DNA from: Abditibacteriaceae bacterium
Lineage (GTDB): Bacteria > Armatimonadota > Abditibacteriia > Abditibacteriales > Abditibacteriaceae
NCBI GenBank assembly: GCA_031425655.1
Contig: JANPJS010000292.1
Span: 1-61,636 of the forward strand
Reading direction: 5' to 3'
DNA: 61,636 nucleotides
The translations under genes were made by a program, and so were the position numbers. This document shows positions 54,712 to 61,636 of this stretch, in pieces. The number at the start of each line of letters is the position of its first letter. The first letter of the stretch is position 1. The notes below the pieces were generated by a model, which worked only from the letters and a program-made list of their open reading frames with translations, was not told the origin of the DNA and did no database searches.

Positions 54712-54814
54712 AGTGTTTTCCAAAATTCAGCGCTGGTTTCGGACAACGCAAAAGGCGATTGCGTTAGTTTTAACTCAACCGCCTTTTTTCTGTTTTCTGT
54801 CAATTTGTGCGCGC

Positions 54815-55537
54815 TTACCTCAGTCCATCGGGGCTAAAAACGACCTTCGCATTAGGTGGAGTCAAAAGATAGGCTTCTCTGGCAATCCATTTGACATGAC
54901 CATCGGCAAAACACACGGTGTAACCATCGAAGTGCGGGCCATTTTGAGCGAAAACGCCAGTCCTCTCCGTATTGACGGTCCCGGCGCCGTTTGCATTGCA
55001 ATCGTTAGCGACAGGCGTCGCCGCATACTGATACCCAACCGGATCTGGCCTGAGAAAACACCGGTCATAAGATGTTCCGCTGCCCGGATCACGAAACACA
55101 GCGGTTTTAGAAACCGACGCCAGGTTCGCTATCGCAATGCCGTTCATGCAACCATTCATATGGTAGCTGACCCTCGGATTCGGATCGCCGATTTTTGGGC
55201 AGGAAGGGCATTTCCAAACCTGCTCGTTTTTAATGTAAGGCTGAATCAGGTCGGCGAATGTGCGTCCTGCCGGAATGCCCATTTTGGCACCTAAGGCTCC
55301 ACCCACAGGAATGTTATCTTGAAATTGATAAACAAAGTTCTCGTCGTAATCCTGCACTTATTGCATTAAACCAATGCCCACCTGCTTCAGATTGTTCATG
55401 CAGGAAGAGCGGCGCGCATTTTCGCGTGCTCTTGCGAAGACCGGAAACAGGATGGCCGCGAGCAAAGCGATTATCGCGATGACGACCAACAGCTCAATCA
55501 GGGTGAAGCCACCAGACTGCCGATTACTGCGTTGCAT
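54815..55537 (-). pseudogene. Prepilin-type N-terminal / DUF1559 / H-X9-DG protein interrupted by one in-frame TAA
   Basis: Manual translation from ATG 55537: [65 protein letters not shown]..., stop at 55358-55360; C-terminal HFDGYTVCFADGHVK. Confidence 0.88.
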
Positions 55538-55689
55538 GACATTCCTTTATTCAATAAAGCGTTGCCGTCATTATATCCAATCTTGTCTCTCGTTAAACGA
55601 TAGATTTATCCCAGAAACCCGGACGTGTTTTCTGCGCATCGTGTAGCGCAGCCGCAACTCGCGGCTGGAAAAAACAGTCCCCAAAAATT

Positions 55690-56451
55690 ATGTCGCAAAT
55701 CGCAGCCGATTATTGCCTGAGCGCCGAAGAAATCGCGCGCTTCCACGAGCAGGGCTTTTTAGGCCCGTTTGTCGCCGTTTCGCAGGGTGAAATGGCCGCG
55801 ATTCGCGCGCAGATTGACGACGAGATTTTGCAGCGCGATGGCCCGAATCCGCGCACGCGCGTGCAGTCGCGGCACATGGATTCCAAAGTGATTTACGATT
55901 TGGCCTCGCATCCGGCCATTATTGACCGGATGGCGAGCCTTTATGGGCCGCATCTGATTTTGTGGGCGACCAATTTCTTCATTAAAGAGCCGGGCGGCGT
56001 GGAGATTCCCTGGCATCAGGACTTGAATTACTGGCCTCTGGAGCCGCTGCTCAACATTTCGGCGTGGATCGCTATTGACGACGTGAAAATTGACAATTCA
56101 TGCGTGCAGGTTTTGCCCGGTTCGCATAAGAAAATCGTGCCGCACGTCAAAGCGCGCGACGGTATGGCTTTTGGCGAAGAAGCCGATGACAGTTACTTTT
56201 CACAAGACAAAATCGTCAACATGGAATTGAATCCGGGCGAGTTTTTTTTGTTCAACGAAAAGCTGCTGCACCACTCGGAAAAGAACCGCTCCGATCGGCG
56301 CCGCATGGGAATGTCGGTGCGCGTGACGATTCCGATTGTGAAAATTCAGCAGGATATTGCGCCTTTGCATCCCGGCCATTGTGCGATTTTGCTGCGCGGC
56401 GAAGATTACATGAATTTCAACCGCTTGATGGAGCCGCCGATTACAGGTTAG
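55690..56451 (+). CDS. Phytanoyl-CoA dioxygenase (PhyH) family Fe(II)/2OG dioxygenase
   Basis: FHEQGF, IPWHQD, SAWIAIDD, LPGSH, LLHHS..NRSDRRR. Confidence 0.92.
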   Translation: MSQIAADYCLSAEEIARFHEQGFLGPFVAVSQGEMAAIRAQIDDEILQRDGPNPRTRVQSRHMDSKVIYDLASHPAIIDRMASLYGPHLILWATNFFIKEPGGVEIPWHQDLNYWPLEPLLNISAWIAIDDVKIDNSCVQVLPGSHKKIVPHVKARDGMAFGEEADDSYFSQDKIVNMELNPGEFFLFNEKLLHHSEKNRSDRRRMGMSVRVTIPIVKIQQDIAPLHPGHCAILLRGEDYMNFNRLMEPPITG

Positions 56452-56455
56452 AACT

Positions 56456-57061
56456 TCAAGTGCCGTTGCGTTCAACGATGTGCAAATCGGCGGGGAGTTC
56501 GAGTCGCTCGTAGATTTCCGCGAGTGGTAACTGAACGCCGATTTCCGATAATTCGACGACATCAGAAAGTTGGCGAAAGACGCGCGTGTTCCATGCTCCG
56601 GCGCCGCGCGTGCGGACTTCGACACGCACGCGGTCTTGAGAAATCAAAACGTAAGCCGCGACAGAGGCGATTTGAAAATAGCCATCGCTTTTGGTAGTCA
56701 GGTCATTCTCGGCGGTGGAAGGGGAAAGCACCTCAAAAACCACAGTGGGGTTGAGCAGTGTGCGCCCATCGCGTTCATCGAAGCGCGTGGGTGGGCAAGC
56801 CACCGTCACGTCGGGATAAAAACCATCCTCGCCGGTTTCAGCACGCACGCGCTGGTCGGACGACATGGGATAGCAGGGACGGCCACGCAACCGGCTACCT
56901 AAAGCGACAATGGTATTCGCCGTAATCAGCGCGTGATGCGGACTGCCACCGGCCATTGCCACGATGCAGCCGTTGATAAATTCCAATTTCTCCGGCGAGG
57001 CTTCATCCTTCGCGTGATACTCGTCCCACGTTAGGGAAACTAATGGGCGCAAGGCGGACAT
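56456..57061 (-). CDS. Uma2 family (DUF820) putative endonuclease
   Basis: LEFING.IVAMAGGS..H, YPDVTV, NP.VVFEVLSPST..D..K, YVLISQD. Confidence 0.92.
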   Translation of the reverse strand: MSALRPLVSLTWDEYHAKDEASPEKLEFINGCIVAMAGGSPHHALITANTIVALGSRLRGRPCYPMSSDQRVRAETGEDGFYPDVTVACPPTRFDERDGRTLLNPTVVFEVLSPSTAENDLTTKSDGYFQIASVAAYVLISQDRVRVEVRTRGAGAWNTRVFRQLSDVVELSEIGVQLPLAEIYERLELPADLHIVERNGT

Positions 57062-57142
57062 TGTTTTCTCCCATTTTTCACTTTATAGTTTGCCGCATCG
57101 CTCTTCGCGGCGCGAAGTCTCAAGGATGTTGAAAGGACAATT

Positions 57143-58459
57143 ATGCACAGAAATTTGAACAGATGGCTCATCCTCGCCGCACTGGCGCTGTGTTCGGCAC
57201 GCGGATTCGCGCAGGAAATCGCCGTCACCGGTGCGAAAGCGAGCGGCGTTTATGCGACGGGTGAGAAAATCGTCTGGCGCGTGGAAGTGAAAGGCGCTGA
57301 AGGCATCGAAAAAGTGGATTACGTCCTCAAAAAAGGTGGACGCACCGAGATGGGAAAAGGCGCGCTCACGTTGAATAACGGCGTGGCCGAAGTGGAAACC
57401 AAGCTCGACGAGCCGGGAACGATTTTAGCCGAGTTTTCCATCGCTCCACCGGGCAAAACCGTCGTTAAAACGCTGGCGGGCGCGGCTGTCGCGCCCGAAA
57501 AAATCGCGCCTTCGGCACCAGAACCGGCGGATTTCGACGCCTTCTGGAAAAGCAAAGTCGAAGAATTGCAAGCCGTGCCCACCAACGCGATTTTGGAAAC
57601 AAATGACAGCGGCAGCGCAGCGGTTGAATATTGGAAAATCACGTTGGATAACATTCGTGGCAGCAAAATTCGCGGGCAGTTAGCGCGTCCCAACGCGACG
57701 GCAAAGCCCGGCGCCAAATTTCCCGCGTTGCTTGTGGTGCAATGGGCCGGCGTTTATGCTTTGGACAAAAACTGGGCGCTCAATCCGGCCAAACAAGGCT
57801 GGCTGACCTTAAACATCAACGCGCACGATTTGCCGATTGACCAGCCGAAAGAGTTTTACGATCAGCAATCGCAGGGCGCGCTGAAAAACTATCCGGGCAT
57901 CGGCAACACCAACCGTGAAAGCAGCTACTTTTTGCGGATGTATTTGTCGTGCTACCGCGCCGCCGATTACTTGGCGTCGCGCGACGATTGGGACGGCAAA
58001 AATCTCGTGGTCATGGGCACCAGTCAGGGCGGTTTGCAGGCTATTATGACCGGTGGTTTTCATCCGAAAATCACCGCGCTGATGGCGAACGTGCCTGCCG
58101 GCTGCGACCATACCGGGCCGCTGGTCGGACGCTCCGGCGGCTGGCCGCAGTGGCTGGGCTGGGGCAGTGCATCAACCGACGAAAAGCTCGTTGAAACCGC
58201 GAAATACTACGACGTGGTGAACTTTGCGCGCCGTGTCAAATGCCCGGCGTTGGTTTCGTGCGGCCTGATAGACACAACCTGTCCGCCCGCCGGAATCATG
58301 GCCGCGTTTAATCAGATGCAAGGGCCGAAAGAATTGCTGGTTTTGCCGCTTTCAAATCATCACGGCACCGGCAACACGCAAGCGGCGTATTTTTCGCAAT
58401 CCGGCGTGTGGCTCAAAACTCTGGCAGCGGGCCAATTCGCGCCAATTCGCACCAAGTAA
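57143..58459 (+). CDS. Secreted acetylxylan esterase (CE7/AXE1-like)
   Basis: Signal peptide; PADFDAFW, GTSQGG nucleophile elbow, YYDVVNFA, GLIDTTCPP. Confidence 0.9.
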   Translation: MHRNLNRWLILAALALCSARGFAQEIAVTGAKASGVYATGEKIVWRVEVKGAEGIEKVDYVLKKGGRTEMGKGALTLNNGVAEVETKLDEPGTILAEFSIAPPGKTVVKTLAGAAVAPEKIAPSAPEPADFDAFWKSKVEELQAVPTNAILETNDSGSAAVEYWKITLDNIRGSKIRGQLARPNATAKPGAKFPALLVVQWAGVYALDKNWALNPAKQGWLTLNINAHDLPIDQPKEFYDQQSQGALKNYPGIGNTNRESSYFLRMYLSCYRAADYLASRDDWDGKNLVVMGTSQGGLQAIMTGGFHPKITALMANVPAGCDHTGPLVGRSGGWPQWLGWGSASTDEKLVETAKYYDVVNFARRVKCPALVSCGLIDTTCPPAGIMAAFNQMQGPKELLVLPLSNHHGTGNTQAAYFSQSGVWLKTLAAGQFAPIRTK

Positions 58460-58463
58460 TTCC

Positions 58464-59123
58464 ATGCGCCACGCTTTTTATGTCGCAGCCCTGCTGCTGA
58501 TTTTCGCTTTTCCCACTTACGCCGACACGCCGATGCCGCAGCGCGTGCTGTGCTTTGGCGACTCGATTACGGCGGGCGGCGCTTTGCCGGCGGCTGAAAA
58601 AGCCTCATTGTGGCTGCTGACCGTCGAGAAAAAATCCGAGGGCAAACTGCGCCTCATCAACGAAGGTAAAGGCGGGCGTCCGACGGCTTCGGTCGAAGAA
58701 TTTCGCGCTGCGTTGAAAAAGCACGACGGCGCCTTCGATATACTGCTTATTTCGTTGGGAACCAACGATTCGCGCGATATTTCCGAGAAATGCGTGCCCG
58801 AAGCCGTGAAAAACGTGCGCCGCATGATCGAATTAGCGCGCGAAAAGTCGCCGAAACTGCGTGTTCTGCTCGTCGGCCCGGCGAACATCAACAAAAACGC
58901 GCTGGGGCCGACCAAACCGATTGCCAACGAGCGCGAGCAAAAATTGAAAGACTTGGGTGAAGCGTTCAAAAACTTGGCGACAGACACGCAAAGCAAATTC
59001 GTTTCACTGTTTGGCGCCGTGCCGGACGAATGCCTGCTGCGCGACGGCGTGCATCCCGACGCAAACGGCAACGACGCGATTGCCAAAGCGATTTTGCCCG
59101 CTTTGCTGGAAACGGCGAAATGA
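58464..59123 (+). CDS. Secreted SGNH/GDSL hydrolase
   Basis: FGDSIT, NEGKGG, LGTND, DGVHP. Confidence 0.93.
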   Translation: MRHAFYVAALLLIFAFPTYADTPMPQRVLCFGDSITAGGALPAAEKASLWLLTVEKKSEGKLRLINEGKGGRPTASVEEFRAALKKHDGAFDILLISLGTNDSRDISEKCVPEAVKNVRRMIELAREKSPKLRVLLVGPANINKNALGPTKPIANEREQKLKDLGEAFKNLATDTQSKFVSLFGAVPDECLLRDGVHPDANGNDAIAKAILPALLETAK

Positions 59124-59269
59124 AATAATAAATACCCGACCATAAATGGCCGGGCTACCTACAAAGCCTCTTCGAGGCTTTCATCCAGCCCCGCAGGGGC
59201 TTCGTATATCAGCCTGGGCGCCCTCTGGGCAGGCTTTAGCGCCGGGCTGTGCTAAGAGGAGCAATGGAA

Positions 59270-61501
59270 ATGCGTTTATTGACGACTATCGGTGTGCTGG
59301 CAAGTCTGGCTTTACCGGCGAAGGCCGCCACGATTTTAGTGGAAGCGGAAAACTTCGACAAAATCGGCGGCTGGGTCAACGACCCGCAGGCGATGGACGT
59401 AATGGGTTCGCCTTATTTACTGGCGCACGGTTTGGGCGAGCCGGTCGCTGATGCCGGCACGACGATAACAGTGCCACAGGCCGGCACTTATCGCGTGTGG
59501 GCGCGCACCATGGACTGGGTGGCGCGTTGGAAAGCGCCCGGCGCGCCCGGCAAATTTCAAGTGCTGGTTGGCGGCAAGCCATTGGCGACGACGTTCGGAA
59601 CCGAAGGCGCCGACTGGCACTGGCAGGACGGCGGAACCGTCGCGTTGAAACAAGGCGCGAACGAATTGGCGCTGCACGACTTGAGCGGCTTCGAGGGCCG
59701 CTGCGATGCCATCGTTTTCAGCAACGAACCGAATTTCACGCCGCCCAACGCTGGCCGCGCGATGAACGATTGGCGTCACAAAACGCTCGGTTTGCCTGAT
59801 ACGCCCAAAGACGGTGGGACTTATGATGTCGTGGTGGTCGGCGGCGGCGTGGCCGGTTGCACCAGTGCCATCAGCGCGGCTCGGTTGGGCTTAAAAGTGG
59901 CGCTGATTCAAGACCGGCCCGTTTTGGGCGGCAACAGCAGCAGCGAAATTCAAGTTTGGATTATGGGCAAAACGCGCCAGCCGCCGTATCCGATTTTGGG
60001 CGAAATCGTGGACGAATTTCTGACGCGCCCGAAAACCAGTCCGGGCAAAATCGAGGAATTCGGCGACGACAAAAAGCTCAAAGTCGTGCAGGCCGAACCG
60101 AACATTTCGCTGTTTCTCAACGAGCGCGCTTTTGCTATCGGGCAGGACGGCAAGCGTGTCACTACCGTGACTTCGCGTCACACCAAAACTTCGCTGCAAA
60201 CCGTTTATCGCGGGCGCTGGTTTGTGGACTGCACCGGCGACGGCACCATCGGCTATTTGGCGGGCGCCGATTTTGAATACAACAAAGAACAGCATCAAGG
60301 CTCCAGCAATATGTGGCTGCCGCGCGACAGCGGCGCGCCGGTCGCGTTTCCCAAGCAGGCGTGGATGACCGATTTAACCAAGCGCAGTTATCCGGTTCAC
60401 CTCGATCAACTGGGCAAATGGAACTTTGAAAGCGGTTTCGCCAAAGACATCGTGAATGATGTCGAAGAAATCCGCGACCACAATTTGCGGTCGATGTATA
60501 GCATTTGGGCGGCGATCAAAAACGACAAAAAAATGCACCCGAACCACAAAATCGCGTGGGCGGCTTACATTTCCGGCAAGCGCGAATCGCGGCGCTTAGT
60601 CGGCGATTATTATCTCAAGGGCGAAGACATCACCAAGCGCAATATCTTCCCGGACAGCATGGTTTCCTGCACTTGGAGCATTGATATTCACTACCCGGAG
60701 CCGACGCAGGCCAAAGAAGCGCCCGGACAGGAATTCATGTCCATCGCCAAGCACGGCAAATATGAAGGCGGGCCGTATCCGATTCCGTATCGCTGCTTTT
60801 ACTCGCGCAACATCCCGAATTTGTTCATGGCCGGACGCGACATCAGTGTGGACGGTCTGGCGCTCGGCCCCGTCCGCGTGCAGGGCACGACCGGCATGAT
60901 GGGCGAAGTCGTGGGCCGCGCCGCATCGCTTTGCAAAAAATACAATTGCACACCGCGCGAGGTTTACGAAAAGCATTTGGACGAATTGATTGCGCTGGTT
61001 AAGACGCCGCTGAGCAAAGTGCCGCCGCCCAAAGTCAACGAAATCAAAGCGCCGGTGAATCCGTTAGCCGGGAAAGTTGGCGACAACGTAGCGCGGCTGG
61101 CCAAAGTGACTGTCGGGGAAACCTTTGCCGGCACCGCCGCGCTGCTAACCGACGGCAACTTAACGCCCGATAACAAACTACGCTGGGTCAGCAAAGCGCC
61201 CTTCCCGCAGAACGTCGAATTCGCGTGGGACACGCCGCAAACCATCGCGGCGGCGCGCTTTTTTTCGGGCTACACCGTAGACAACACCATCGCCGACCCG
61301 ATTAGCGATTTCGTTTTTCAGCATTTCGATGGCAAAGAATGGCGCGATATTCCCGGCACACGCACCGAAGACAACCGCGAGATCAACTGGAGCGCGCAGT
61401 TCGCGCCCATCACCACAAATCGCGTGCGTTTAGTCGTTGAACACGCGCCGGTCGGCACCATTCGCTTGTGGGAAGTGGAATTCTACGCGCCGAAGAAATA
61501 G
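59270..61501 (+). CDS. Secreted FAD-dependent oxidoreductase with N-terminal beta-sandwich and C-terminal discoidin-like domain
   Basis: GAGGAG RBS; VVVGGGVAG, QDRPVLGGNSSSE, DCTGDG, KRESRRL, PYRCFYSRN..NLFMAGR. Confidence 0.9.
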   Translation: MRLLTTIGVLASLALPAKAATILVEAENFDKIGGWVNDPQAMDVMGSPYLLAHGLGEPVADAGTTITVPQAGTYRVWARTMDWVARWKAPGAPGKFQVLVGGKPLATTFGTEGADWHWQDGGTVALKQGANELALHDLSGFEGRCDAIVFSNEPNFTPPNAGRAMNDWRHKTLGLPDTPKDGGTYDVVVVGGGVAGCTSAISAARLGLKVALIQDRPVLGGNSSSEIQVWIMGKTRQPPYPILGEIVDEFLTRPKTSPGKIEEFGDDKKLKVVQAEPNISLFLNERAFAIGQDGKRVTTVTSRHTKTSLQTVYRGRWFVDCTGDGTIGYLAGADFEYNKEQHQGSSNMWLPRDSGAPVAFPKQAWMTDLTKRSYPVHLDQLGKWNFESGFAKDIVNDVEEIRDHNLRSMYSIWAAIKNDKKMHPNHKIAWAAYISGKRESRRLVGDYYLKGEDITKRNIFPDSMVSCTWSIDIHYPEPTQAKEAPGQEFMSIAKHGKYEGGPYPIPYRCFYSRNIPNLFMAGRDISVDGLALGPVRVQGTTGMMGEVVGRAASLCKKYNCTPREVYEKHLDELIALVKTPLSKVPPPKVNEIKAPVNPLAGKVGDNVARLAKVTVGETFAGTAALLTDGNLTPDNKLRWVSKAPFPQNVEFAWDTPQTIAAARFFSGYTVDNTIADPISDFVFQHFDGKEWRDIPGTRTEDNREINWSAQFAPITTNRVRLVVEHAPVGTIRLWEVEFYAPKK

Positions 61502-61521
61502 GTAGGTTTTGCTGTTCATGG

Positions 61522-61636
61522 AAACCCCCAACCCCCTTGCTAAGGGGGCTAAAGAATAACTTACTGGGAGAAACCCTATTTTGGTTTCTCCCAAAGCGCC
61601 GGAATATAGCCCCCTTAGCAAGGGGGTTGGGGGTTT
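61522..61636. repeat. CCCCCTT..AAGGGGG-type palindromic element reaching the window end
   Basis: 30-bp arms 61522-61551 and 61607-61636; inner hairpin tgggagaaacc/ggtttctccca; near-identical to the core of 34558-34763. Confidence 0.85.

Noticed and set aside
55690..56451. Possible non-heme iron halogenase
   Set aside because: It retains the HxD carboxylate ligand (HQD) typical of hydroxylases, not the HxA/G of halogenases.
56456..57061. Uma2 nuclease as part of a defence system
   Set aside because: It is a solitary member of a commonly expanded family, about 24 kb from the dnd island, with no partner genes.
59150..59250. Short hairpins (aaagcctc/gaggcttt, agcccc/ggggct) as a REP cluster or terminator
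   Set aside because: Too degenerate, and single-copy in the window, to define boundaries.

Overview
A GC-rich bacterial chromosomal segment with about 45 genes. Abditibacteriota/Armatimonadota is a likely origin, inferred from the prepilin/H-X9-DG gene, the CSLREA proteins and the carbohydrate enzymes. Contents: c-di-GMP signalling (GAF-HD-GYP preceded by an unusual [DE]RR-repeat protein), housekeeping genes (nagB fusion, HAL2-type nucleotidase, cinA, recA, arfB), a hybrid histidine kinase, two giant secreted CSLREA/beta-helix proteins (one behind a Crp-family gene with two perfect TGTGA-N6-TCACA boxes), three Gly-rich secreted proteins, a sugar ABC transporter and several carbohydrate-active or FAD enzymes. 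The most notable region is a DNA phosphorothioation (dnd) island at about 24.3-32.3 kb. Its minus-strand operon reads dndC, SBD-like HNH nuclease, 5'-truncated dndD, unknown ORF, DndE-ATPase fusion (DndEi-like), 4-TM protein, DGQHR protein, and it converges on a dndA-like cysteine desulfurase; no dndFGH is present in the window. A predicted phosphorothioate-reading nuclease therefore sits inside the phosphorothioate-writing operon, exactly where the front half of dndD is missing. Intergenic regions carry many palindromic repeat and MITE families, including an ISAs1-like MITE with a 9-bp target duplication that rewrote a gene's C-terminus. No rRNA, tRNA, CRISPR array or intact transposase was seen. 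All family calls come from motif recognition by eye, not database searches.
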